Shown here in pieces: positions 29,925 through 38,868 of a DNA stretch of 64,000 bases. Source of the stretch: Gemmatimonadales bacterium (GTDB taxonomy: Bacteria > Gemmatimonadota > Gemmatimonadetes > Gemmatimonadales > GWC2-71-9). Location of the stretch: assembly GCA_041577295.1 (NCBI GenBank), contig JBFGJG010000001.1, forward strand, positions 192,001-256,000. Direction: 5' to 3'. The number at the start of each line of letters is the position of its first letter. Position 1 is the first letter of the stretch. Position numbers and translations under genes: made by a program. Under the pieces are notes generated by a model that saw nothing but the letters and a program-made list of their open reading frames with translations, made no database searches and was not told the DNA's origin.

Positions 29925-30778
29925 CTGACCGCCCCGGTGGCCTCGTGACCCATCATCAAGCGGAGCAATCGGGCCGTCACCTCGGCCAGCTGCGATCGTG
30001 ACACGACCACGTCCACCATGCCGTGGTCGAGGAGGAACTCGGCTGTCTGGAACCCCGCGGGGAGGTCCTGCCCAATGGTCTGCTTAATCACCCGCGGTCC
30101 CGCAAAACCTATGACGGCCCCCGGCTCGGCGATGTTGACGTCTCCCTGCATGGCAAACGAGGCGGAGACTCCACCGGTGGTCGGGTCGGTGAGAATCGAC
30201 AAATAGGGAATTCCGGAATCGCGCAACCGGGCCATGAGAGCGGAGGTCTTGGCCATCTGCATGAGGCTGAGGACGCCTTCCTGCATGCGCGCACCACCCG
30301 AAGCCGAGACGAGCACGAGCGGGATGCGTCGTTCGATCGACCGATCGGTGAGCCGAGCGATTTTCTCTCCGACGACGGACCCCATCGAGCCACCCATGAA
30401 GGCAAACTGCATTGCGCCGATGTTGATTTCGTGACCGGTGAGGGTACCATGGCCGGTCACGATTGCCTCGGATCGTCCGGCCTTCTGCACGGCAGCTTGC
30501 ACACGGTCCCGGTAGCCCTCGAAGCAGAGGGGGTCAATCGATTGGAGCTGCTCATCCAGCTCGATGAAAGACCCGGGATCGGTCAGAATCTCGATATAAC
30601 GCCGCGCGTCAATGCGTCGATGATACCTGCACGAAGGGCACACTTGAAGCGCGCTCTCGAACTTCTCGGTGATATCGACGTGTCCGCACTCTTCGCACTT
30701 GTCCCACGCATCTGGCGGGATCTCCAAACGCTCACGCCTCGACGGCCGACGTCTGCGGTCCTTCCGAAACCAAGCCAT
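29921..30778 (-). CDS. accD: Acetyl-CoA carboxylase carboxyltransferase beta subunit
   Basis: Zn finger CEEC...CPSC; FMGGSMGSVVGEK, SGGARMQEG and DPTTGGVSASFA. Confidence 0.97.
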   Translation of the reverse strand: MAWFRKDRRRRPSRRERLEIPPDAWDKCEECGHVDITEKFESALQVCPSCRYHRRIDARRYIEILTDPGSFIELDEQLQSIDPLCFEGYRDRVQAAVQKAGRSEAIVTGHGTLTGHEINIGAMQFAFMGGSMGSVVGEKIARLTDRSIERRIPLVLVSASGGARMQEGVLSLMQMAKTSALMARLRDSGIPYLSILTDPTTGGVSASFAMQGDVNIAEPGAVIGFAGPRVIKQTIGQDLPAGFQTAEFLLDHGMVDVVVSRSQLAEVTARLLRLMMGHEATGAVS

Positions 30779-30858
30779 TCCACCGTACTGGAGATAATGA
30801 GACTAGCCAATCTGGTGGGCCCGACCCCCGGGCGCCACCCCCGAAGCAAGCGGTGCGG

Positions 30859-32100
30859 CTACATCTCGAGATATCCTGATCCCCGTGAGTCCCAGGCCAC
30901 CCGTAGCGCGAGCGCCACACACAAGATGGAGGTGATGAGAAAGGAGCCGCCGTAGGAGAAGAACGGAAGGGGAATCCCCGTGATCGGCATCAGTCCAACC
31001 GTCATGCCGATGTTCACCAAAATGTGCGTCAGAAAGAGCCCGACGATGCCAAAGATGACCATGGACGAAAACGGGTCCGTCGCGCGCCGTGCGATGCGGG
31101 CCAGGATCAACAGGAAAGTCGCGAAGACAGTGAGACTCAACAATACGCCAATGAATCCGACCTCCTCGCCGAGGACCGAGTAGATGAAGTCCGTGTGCTG
31201 TGCCGGAAGGAATGCCAACCGTTTTTGCGAGCCATCGAGAAAGCCCTTGCCGACGAGGCCACCGGAGCCAATCGCGATCTTGGACTGGATAATGTGCCAG
31301 CCTGTGGCGCGAGGATCGATCTCCGGATTCAGGAAAGAGAGCAGTCGGTTCTGCTGATAGGGTGCGAGGTTGCTCCACAGCTCGAGCGCAATGACACCCA
31401 TGAGCACATTGGTCATCCATACGCCAAGGCCCTCGAGCAGATAGGGCCGCATCCACAACAGGAGTAGGGTGAGGACCACGATCCATGCGCCCCACATCGC
31501 GGTCGAAAACGCCAGCAGTAGACTGATCACTGGCGACGCGAGGAGCAAAAGCAAGTGTGGTGCGACACCCACCCAAAACAGCATTGCGAATAGAATCCCC
31601 AAAAACACCATCGCACTGCCGAGGTCCGGCTGGAGCCCGACCAAAACAAACGGCACACCGACAATCACACACGCCGGCATCAGCTCGAGTAGGGTGTTCG
31701 GTGGCTCCCGACGCGATCCGAGATGCCGGGCGAGCATGAAAATCACCGCCAGCTTTGCCAGCTCGACTGGTTGTCCGATCCGCACACCACCAATTGCGAG
31801 CCACGATTTGGCACCGGCCGCGGTGCCGGCACCGGTGCCGACGAGCAAGGTGAGCCCGAGGAGCCCGAGCGCCACCGCGAAGATGAACGGCGTCGCCCAC
31901 TCGAGAATGCGGGGCGAGATCCGGAAGAAGGCCACGCCCGCGACGACACCCAGACCCAGCCAGGTGAGCTGGTTCTTCCAGATCTCGGCAGCCGCCGATG
32001 GTGCATCGGTCTGACCCGCCGAATAGAGTGTCGCGAGACCCATTGCCAGCAAGGCAAGGGTGGCCAGGATTAGTGGCTTATCGACGCCGTGGCGTGTCAC
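30859..32100 (-). CDS. rodA: Rod shape-determining protein RodA (SEDS)
   Basis: GAKSWL, QPVELAK, QPDLGSA, HTDFI, GEEVG and PITGIPLPFFSYGGS. Follows mrdA. Confidence 0.95.
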   Translation of the reverse strand: MTRHGVDKPLILATLALLAMGLATLYSAGQTDAPSAAAEIWKNQLTWLGLGVVAGVAFFRISPRILEWATPFIFAVALGLLGLTLLVGTGAGTAAGAKSWLAIGGVRIGQPVELAKLAVIFMLARHLGSRREPPNTLLELMPACVIVGVPFVLVGLQPDLGSAMVFLGILFAMLFWVGVAPHLLLLLASPVISLLLAFSTAMWGAWIVVLTLLLLWMRPYLLEGLGVWMTNVLMGVIALELWSNLAPYQQNRLLSFLNPEIDPRATGWHIIQSKIAIGSGGLVGKGFLDGSQKRLAFLPAQHTDFIYSVLGEEVGFIGVLLSLTVFATFLLILARIARRATDPFSSMVIFGIVGLFLTHILVNIGMTVGLMPITGIPLPFFSYGGSFLITSILCVALALRVAWDSRGSGYLEM

Positions 32101-33967
32101 GCGGCGTGGTGCTGCGAGGTGAAGGTCGGTCTGTGGACGGGGTCGGAATGATCGGTACGGGCATCGGCGCAGAATCGTCGGGCACCGTGAGCTCGACATC
32201 GGTCGCGGTTGCAGCCGGGGTGTCCTCCCCCAAGAGGTGCCGCGCGATCATCTGGGTTACAATGGGCGCCACCGACGAGCCGTGCTCGCCGAACTCGACA
32301 ATCGCCCCCGCCATCACCTGCGGGTTCTCTGCCGGCGCAAAGGCAATGAACCACCCATGGTCAGGTCCATGCGCGTTTTGTGCGGTCCCGGTCTTGCCCG
32401 CAATGTGCAGATTGGCGATCCGCGCACCCACGGCCGTTCCACGCGACACCACGGCAACCAGTGCCTCACGGAGGCCCAAGAGCGATTCCTCATCCAGACC
32501 CAAGGTCATGCGGCTCTGACTCGATGCCGGCTCAACGATCCAAGGCTCGGGTGCCACGCCCTCGGTGTTGGCGAGCATTGCGTAAAAACGCATCATGCCG
32601 AGAAGAGTCTGCGAGTTTTCTCCCTGCCCAATTGCGAGGTTCAACGTGACGGCGTTCGTCCAACCGCGAGGCCCGTAACGGCGATTGTAATACTCGGGCG
32701 ATGCGGGGAAGATGGGGGCGACCTCGTTGGGAAGGTCGATGCCAGTAACCTCCCGAAAGCCAAGCGCACTGGCGTCCTGAAGCAAGTTGGGAAGCTGTAA
32801 CCGCAGTCCGAGTTGATAAAAATAGACATCGCAGGAGTGCTGAATGGCTTCGGCCAGGTTCAGGTCTCCGTGCCCCTGCACCCGCCAACACCGGAAGTAA
32901 CGGTTGTAATAGCGAAGGCCTCCTGCGCACGGGATTGGCATCCGGCTTTCGAGACCTACAATTCCCCGCTTCATCGCCACCGCTGCGACTACGAGTTTCC
33001 ATGGTGACGCGGGTGGGTACCGGGCTTGAATGACGCGATTGAGCAACGGTGAGTCTTCCGCGCGTGAGAGATTGCGCCACAACTCCGGGTCGATCCCCCC
33101 GACAAATGCGTTGGGGTCGAAACCCGGGGATGAGTACAGGGCCAACACCGCTCCACTCCGCGGATCCATCACGATCGCGGCTCCACGCTGCTCTGATGGG
33201 AAGATCTCCGATACGTACCGCTGGAGGCCGATCTCGAGGCTCGTCCGAATGGTCTCACCGGGCTGCGGTTCGAGTTGGGACTCCTCGCGCGCCTCTCGCA
33301 CCGCACGTCCCAGCGCATCCACCTCGAGAAACCGCACCCCATCACTCCCTCGCACCCGATTGTCATACTCGCGTTCGAGACCATCCCGTCCCACGAGGGT
33401 ACCCAGCCGTGCGGCGGGGAACGTGTTGGCCTCCAGCTCGGCCTCCGTGACCTCACCAACGTATCCCACGACGTGCGCCGCCACTGCACCAAACGGATAG
33501 CGCCGCTTGGGCTCGCTCTGAATCACCAGCCCAGGAATCCAGGCGCGCCGTTCCTCCAGCGCCGACACGACCTCGAACGAGGCGTCCGGCACGATGACGA
33601 CGGGTTCGTGGGACCGGCGACGGTACCGCTGGACGATCCGCTCGATCTGCACGCTATCGAGCGCTGCCATCGGCGAGACCCGCTCGAGCGTCGCCCGCAG
33701 AGAGTCCACCGATGGAGCGATGAGCGCCACCGCGTATCCCGGTACGTTGTCGGCGAGCGCGACGCCGTTGCGATCGGTGATGAGCCCGCGCGGTGCGGGG
33801 ACCGTCACGGGGCGCAGCCGATTCTCTTCCGATTGAAGGCGATACCGATCCGAGCCGAGCACCTGCAGTCGAAAAAAGGCCAGCGTCATCAAGCCAAACA
33901 CGGCCATGACCATGTATCGTCCGACCGCCTCGCGGCGCATCCTCCTATGCTGGTGGTGCCAGTTCAT
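32078..33967 (-). CDS. mrdA: Penicillin-binding protein 2
   Basis: APRGLITDRNG, YPPASPWK (SxxK), SCDVYFY and AGKTGTAQ. ATG at 33967 overlaps the mreD stop. Confidence 0.96.
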   Translation of the reverse strand: MNWHHQHRRMRREAVGRYMVMAVFGLMTLAFFRLQVLGSDRYRLQSEENRLRPVTVPAPRGLITDRNGVALADNVPGYAVALIAPSVDSLRATLERVSPMAALDSVQIERIVQRYRRRSHEPVVIVPDASFEVVSALEERRAWIPGLVIQSEPKRRYPFGAVAAHVVGYVGEVTEAELEANTFPAARLGTLVGRDGLEREYDNRVRGSDGVRFLEVDALGRAVREAREESQLEPQPGETIRTSLEIGLQRYVSEIFPSEQRGAAIVMDPRSGAVLALYSSPGFDPNAFVGGIDPELWRNLSRAEDSPLLNRVIQARYPPASPWKLVVAAVAMKRGIVGLESRMPIPCAGGLRYYNRYFRCWRVQGHGDLNLAEAIQHSCDVYFYQLGLRLQLPNLLQDASALGFREVTGIDLPNEVAPIFPASPEYYNRRYGPRGWTNAVTLNLAIGQGENSQTLLGMMRFYAMLANTEGVAPEPWIVEPASSQSRMTLGLDEESLLGLREALVAVVSRGTAVGARIANLHIAGKTGTAQNAHGPDHGWFIAFAPAENPQVMAGAIVEFGEHGSSVAPIVTQMIARHLLGEDTPAATATDVELTVPDDSAPMPVPIIPTPSTDRPSPRSTTPRDTPRRR

Positions 33968-34461
33968 TCCGCGACCCGAAGCGCCAGCCACCGGCGGAAC
34001 GTGGCTAATACGGCGACACCCAGCAGCGCGGTCGTCGCCGCCTTCAACACGGACCACAAGGCGAGCTGCCAGAACAATGCTGTGCTATCCACGTGCTGTC
34101 CGGCGATGAGCACCAGGAGATCTCGAACCCATGTACCAACAAAGAAGAACCCCGCATTGACGGCAAGGTTCTCAGCGAAAAATACCGCCTTGCCCCAGGC
34201 CGCCAGATACCCCACGGCGAGGTGGGCAAACGCGTTCGCACCAAACGCCACCGGCGTGAGTGCGTCCGCTAGCAGCCCCACGACGAAACCGGCCACCGCC
34301 GCCGCACCCGGCCGGGCGCCAATGGCGTACACCATCAGCGCGAGCAGCAACATGTCCGGCGCGATGCGAGAGTCGCCCAGAAAAGGCCGCAGGACAAAAT
34401 GCAGCACCACGAGGAGCCCGATGACGACGGTGGCGCGCAGCGGCTCCCGCCGGGCCGTCAC
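33964..34461 (-). CDS. mreD: Rod shape-determining protein MreD
   Basis: Hydrophobic multi-TM protein with PDML and GLLADAL...FG, located between mreC and mrdA. Confidence 0.88.
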   Translation of the reverse strand: MTARREPLRATVVIGLLVVLHFVLRPFLGDSRIAPDMLLLALMVYAIGARPGAAAVAGFVVGLLADALTPVAFGANAFAHLAVGYLAAWGKAVFFAENLAVNAGFFFVGTWVRDLLVLIAGQHVDSTALFWQLALWSVLKAATTALLGVAVLATFRRWLALRVAE

Positions 34462-35303
34462 TCGGGTTCCTCAAACGCGGGTGTGAGATCGAGCGCGCGC
34501 TCTAACAGAACGATGACATGCGAAACAGATCCGGGATGGACCCGCGGTCGCACGATGTAAGTGCGTGACCACCCCTCACGCTCCTCAGCCACACCCACCA
34601 CGTCGCCAATGGGAATCCCGCGGGGGTAGAGACCACCACTACCCCCCAAACCGGACGTGTAGACCACCGTTCCAGGCAGTACAGATTCCCGATAAGGCAC
34701 ACCGCGCAGCTCGAGCAGCGTTTCGTTCGGCCCATCGCTACCTCCTGGCGCAATGATCCCGAAGACCGAGCCGTCGAGCGTCATGGCGCTGACACGGAAC
34801 TCCGGGTGGGCCCACACCGCTGCGACGGCCGTGTTTGCCTCGACGCTTCGGATCACACCGACCAACCCACCCGGCGCCACCACGGGCGCGGTAGGCCGCA
34901 CACCGTCGTTCGCCCCGATACTCAGCACCAATGTGTACCCATCCGTTGGAATCGCCTGATGCAACACCTCGGCTCCGCGGTGCGGGCTCGCAATGCGCCG
35001 GGACAGCGCGAGGCTCTCCCGAAGACGTTGGTTCTCCTCGCGCAGCGCGTCGATGCCCTGGGCCGCCACGAGCGCCGAATCGCGTTGCGTGACCAGCGCC
35101 GTGTAGCGGACTCGGGCGTTCTTGATCAGCTCCGCCTGCCGTTGGAGCGAGAGGAGCGGTGCGAGCACCGTACTGCGGATCAAGGACGCCAGAGGCTCCT
35201 GCACACTGGGCGGAGCCGTACGGGCCAGCACCGAGAGGAGCAGACAAACACCGAATGCGATGGTATCACGTCGCGACGTGAACCGATTGGGGGAACTACC
35301 CAC
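34458..35303 (-). CDS. mreC: Rod shape-determining protein MreC
   Basis: Coiled coil LREENQRLR; G..DGV...PVV..GGLVG; VYTSGLGG..YPRGIPIG. Confidence 0.93.
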   Translation of the reverse strand: MGSSPNRFTSRRDTIAFGVCLLLSVLARTAPPSVQEPLASLIRSTVLAPLLSLQRQAELIKNARVRYTALVTQRDSALVAAQGIDALREENQRLRESLALSRRIASPHRGAEVLHQAIPTDGYTLVLSIGANDGVRPTAPVVAPGGLVGVIRSVEANTAVAAVWAHPEFRVSAMTLDGSVFGIIAPGGSDGPNETLLELRGVPYRESVLPGTVVYTSGLGGSGGLYPRGIPIGDVVGVAEEREGWSRTYIVRPRVHPGSVSHVIVLLERALDLTPAFEEPE

Positions 35304-35309
35304 GGCAAC

Positions 35310-36347
35310 CTAGGTGGTGAGCACCGAGCGATACTTCTCGGGGTCCTCCAAGATTCTCCCCGTTCCCCGCACGACACATGTGAGGGGGTCCTCGTCGACA
35401 CGGATGGGGAGTGATGTTTCCTGCGACAATGCCACGTCGAGTCCGCGAATGAGCGACCCGCCTCCCGCCATCACGATCCCGCGATCGACGATATCGCTGG
35501 CGAGCTCGGGGGGCGTGATCTCCAACGCGCGCCGGACCGCATCGACAATTTGTTGGATCGGCTCCTGAATCGCCTCACGGATCTCGCTCGAATGGACACG
35601 GACGACCTTGGGAATCCCGGAGACGAGGTCGCGCCCTTTCGCTTCCATCTCGCCCTCCTCACCGATCGGCACGGCGCTGCCAATCTGGATCTTTATGGCC
35701 TCAGCCGTGGGCTCGCCGATGAGCAGGTTGTAGTTCTTGCGCATGAACTGCACGATCGCTTGATCGAGTTCGTCGCCTCCGGTCCGAATGGAGGTATTGC
35801 TCACGATCCCAGAGAGCGCGATGACGGCAATCTCGGTGGTCCCGCCACCGATATCGATCACCATATTACCGGTCGGTGTCTCGACGGGGAGGCCAACCCC
35901 AATGGCGGCGGCCATCGGCTCGTCGACCATGTAGACCTCTTTGGCACCGGCCGAGTGGGCGCTATCGCGTACTGCCCGGCGTTCGACTTCCGTGATACCG
36001 CTCGGGACGCACACGATCACCCGAGGCTTCACGCGCAGTACGTGTTTCTGGATGATCGACGAGAGGAAGTAGCGCAGCATCTTCTCGGTGACGTCAAAGT
36101 CGGCGATAACGCCGTCCTTGAGCGGGCGCACCGCGACGACGCCGTCCGGTGTCCTCCCCAGCATACGCTTCGCCTCCAGTCCGATCCCCTTGATCTTCCC
36201 GGAGGTCTTCTCCACGGCCACGACCGAGGGCTCGTTCAACACGATGCCCTCTCCGCGGACGTAGATCAGCGTATTTGAGGTCCCGAGATCGACTGCGATC
36301 TCGTTGGCAGGCAGGAAGCTGCCTAGGCTAAACTTTGGCCACCGCAT
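35310..36347 (-). CDS. mreB: Actin-like MreB
   Basis: DLGTSNT, EPSVVA, PLKDGVIADF, EPMAAAIG and DIGGGTTE. Confidence 0.98.
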   Translation of the reverse strand: MRWPKFSLGSFLPANEIAVDLGTSNTLIYVRGEGIVLNEPSVVAVEKTSGKIKGIGLEAKRMLGRTPDGVVAVRPLKDGVIADFDVTEKMLRYFLSSIIQKHVLRVKPRVIVCVPSGITEVERRAVRDSAHSAGAKEVYMVDEPMAAAIGVGLPVETPTGNMVIDIGGGTTEIAVIALSGIVSNTSIRTGGDELDQAIVQFMRKNYNLLIGEPTAEAIKIQIGSAVPIGEEGEMEAKGRDLVSGIPKVVRVHSSEIREAIQEPIQQIVDAVRRALEITPPELASDIVDRGIVMAGGGSLIRGLDVALSQETSLPIRVDEDPLTCVVRGTGRILEDPEKYRSVLTT

Positions 36348-36414
36348 CCGTATGCAATCGTGGTTGACTCTAGGTGGGCTCGGGCGCTAGAGCCCGGGAC
36401 GGCTGCGAAGCCGC

Positions 36415-36444
36415 AACATAACTGATGCGTCGAAGTTCCCACAA
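36415..36444 (-). promoter_or_regulatory. Putative promoter of the mre operon
   Basis: TTGTGG (36444-36439), 18 nt, TATGTT (36420-36415). Confidence 0.45.
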
Positions 36445-36475
36445 GAGACTGGGTTAGCGTGCGGGCCTTGAAGCA

Positions 36476-37588
36476 TCAGACGAGGGCTTCAGCCTCGACC
36501 AATTCCAGGTCGAAGGCTTCGGCCACACCCGGGTAAACGACCCGCCCCTCAATGACGTTGAGCCCCAGGAACAAGGCGCGATCCTTGGCGCAGGCCGCGC
36601 GCCATCCGTCCCGGGCCAAGCGCCGCGCGTAGGGAAGAGTGGCGTTCGTGAGCGCCAACGTGGAGGTACGGGGAACCGCGCCCGGCATATTGGCGACCCC
36701 ATAGTGCACCACCCCCTCCACCACATACGTCGGGGCGTCATGCGTCGTCGGGCGGATGGTCTCGATGCACCCGCCCTGATCAACCGAAACGTCCACGATG
36801 ACCGACCCGTTCTTCATGATCCGCAGATCGTCCTTCTCCACGAGCTTGGGGGCCTTGGCCCCGGGGAGCAGCACGCCGCCGATCAGCAAATCCGCTCGCT
36901 GGATCTGCTCGACGATGTTACGACGACTGGAGAACACGAGGTCGACGTTGGCCGGCATGACGTCCGACAGATATCGGAGGCGGTCCAGGTTCACATCAAG
37001 GACCGTTACGTGCGCCCCTAAACCGGCAGCCATCTTCGCCGCATTGGTTCCCACCACACCGCCCCCGAGAATCAATACCTCCGCCGGCGAGACGCCCGGG
37101 ACTCCACCGAGCAGCACACCCCGTCCCCCCTGAAACTTCTCGAGGTACTTTGCGCCCTCTTGCACGGCCATGCGCCCTGCCACCTCACTCATTGGCGTGA
37201 GCAGCGGCAGCTCACCGGAGGCGAGCTGCACCGTTTCGTAGGCGATGGCTACGCAACTCGACTCCATAACCGCGCGCGTGAGCGCCTCGCTCGCGGCAAA
37301 GTGAAAGTAGGTGAAGATGACCTGACCGGCTCGCATATGAGACCACTCCGGCTCGATCGGCTCTTTCACCTTCATGATCATCTCAGCTTCACCCCACACC
37401 GTCCCTGCACCGTCGACGATCGTCGCCCCGACACTCGCGTAGTCGTCATCGGTGAAGCCGCTCCCCTCCCCCGCGCCCCGCTGAACCAAGACGGTGTGCC
37501 CATCGCCCACTAGCGCTTCCGCACCCCCAGGGACGAGCGCTACGCGATTTTCCGCGGTCTTGATCTCACTGGGTACGCCGATCTTCAT
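36476..37588 (-). CDS. ald: Alanine dehydrogenase
   Basis: IGVPSEIK..ENRV, KVKEP, PMSEVAGR, GGGVVG, DQGGC and YGVANMPGAVP. Confidence 0.97.
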   Translation of the reverse strand: MKIGVPSEIKTAENRVALVPGGAEALVGDGHTVLVQRGAGEGSGFTDDDYASVGATIVDGAGTVWGEAEMIMKVKEPIEPEWSHMRAGQVIFTYFHFAASEALTRAVMESSCVAIAYETVQLASGELPLLTPMSEVAGRMAVQEGAKYLEKFQGGRGVLLGGVPGVSPAEVLILGGGVVGTNAAKMAAGLGAHVTVLDVNLDRLRYLSDVMPANVDLVFSSRRNIVEQIQRADLLIGGVLLPGAKAPKLVEKDDLRIMKNGSVIVDVSVDQGGCIETIRPTTHDAPTYVVEGVVHYGVANMPGAVPRTSTLALTNATLPYARRLARDGWRAACAKDRALFLGLNVIEGRVVYPGVAEAFDLELVEAEALV

Positions 37589-37617
37589 GGCTTCTCTCGC
37601 TTACGAGCAGTCCCGTG

Positions 37618-38868
37618 TCAGTTGGGTCCTAGCCACACGACCGTCTGTCGGTCGGGGTTGAGGAACTCTTGAGCCACGGCGGCCACCTCGCTGGACTCGA
37701 CCCGGTCGATATCCGATAGGATCTGGTCGATCGTCCGGTACGGTGCACCATAAAGGGGCACTGCTGCAAGACGGTACATGCGGGCAGAGGGACTCTCGAG
37801 GGACAGGGTGATCTGTCCCTTGAGCTGTTGCTTCGCCTCCGTCAACGCGTCGTCCGGTAGGCCGGCCGATGCAAGCGTCCTCAATTCCTCGAGGATGACC
37901 TCGACCGCCTGCGATGCGGTCGACGGATGCGAGCCAACGTACACACCCGTCACACCGGTTTGCCTGTAAAACGATTGAAAGCTGTAGATGGCGTATGCGA
38001 GCCCTAACTCTTCCCGCACACGCTGAAACAGCCTGCTCGACATGCCGTTGCCGAGCACGCCGTTGAGGAGCATCAGGGCTTCGCGACGCCTGTCTGTGTA
38101 GGCAAACGTGTCCGTTCCGAGCACCACATGTGTCTGGGCGGTATCGCGGGCAACACGACGCTGCACCCGACACGCTGGCGGCACCGGCGCGATGGCTTTG
38201 GGAACTGGGCCGGGATCGAACGTGAACCAGCCGCACTTGCCAAGCAGCTTGAGCAGAATCTCGTGGGTGAGATTCCCAGCCGCGGCAATGATCACGTGGC
38301 GCGGGTGATACGTCCCCCCATGGAGCGCGCGAAGATCTGCCGTCTCCAAACGGCTCACCGTTTCACGTGTCCCCAGGATGGGGAATCCGTAGGGATGCTC
38401 TGGCCACAGGGACTGCGCGTGGAGATCGAAGACCAGATCGTCCGGCGTATCCTCGACGGTGCTAATTTCTTCGAGGACCACCTTACGCTCGAGGTCGAGG
38501 TCGGACTGTCGCAGCGTCGGATTGCGAACGATATCGGTCAGGACGTCGAGGGCTCGGGGCAAGTCCTCATCGAGCACCCGCGCCTGATAGGATGTGTGGT
38601 CACGCGCCGTGAAGGCATCGAGCGAGCCACCCCGGACCTCGAGCTCGAGCGCGATGTCGCGGGCACTCCGTCGCTGCGTCCCCTTGAATACCATGTGCTC
38701 GAGGAGGTGAGACACCCCCATGTGTCCGGAATCCTCATGGGCGGTGGCGGTCTTGACCCAGACGCCAACCGCCACCGAGCGCACCGATGGCAGGGCCTCG
38801 GACATGACCACGACGCCGTTGGGCGCCTCGGTCCGGTAGAGCCGTTCGTCCAACGCGACGGTCTGCAC
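37618..38868 (-). CDS. M16B family zinc peptidase
   Basis: HLLEHMVFKGT (HxxEH), ERKVVLEE and SSRLFQRVREELGLAY. GTG start; usual position downstream of pnp. Confidence 0.93.
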   Translation of the reverse strand: MQTVALDERLYRTEAPNGVVVMSEALPSVRSVAVGVWVKTATAHEDSGHMGVSHLLEHMVFKGTQRRSARDIALELEVRGGSLDAFTARDHTSYQARVLDEDLPRALDVLTDIVRNPTLRQSDLDLERKVVLEEISTVEDTPDDLVFDLHAQSLWPEHPYGFPILGTRETVSRLETADLRALHGGTYHPRHVIIAAAGNLTHEILLKLLGKCGWFTFDPGPVPKAIAPVPPACRVQRRVARDTAQTHVVLGTDTFAYTDRRREALMLLNGVLGNGMSSRLFQRVREELGLAYAIYSFQSFYRQTGVTGVYVGSHPSTASQAVEVILEELRTLASAGLPDDALTEAKQQLKGQITLSLESPSARMYRLAAVPLYGAPYRTIDQILSDIDRVESSEVAAVAQEFLNPDRQTVVWLGPN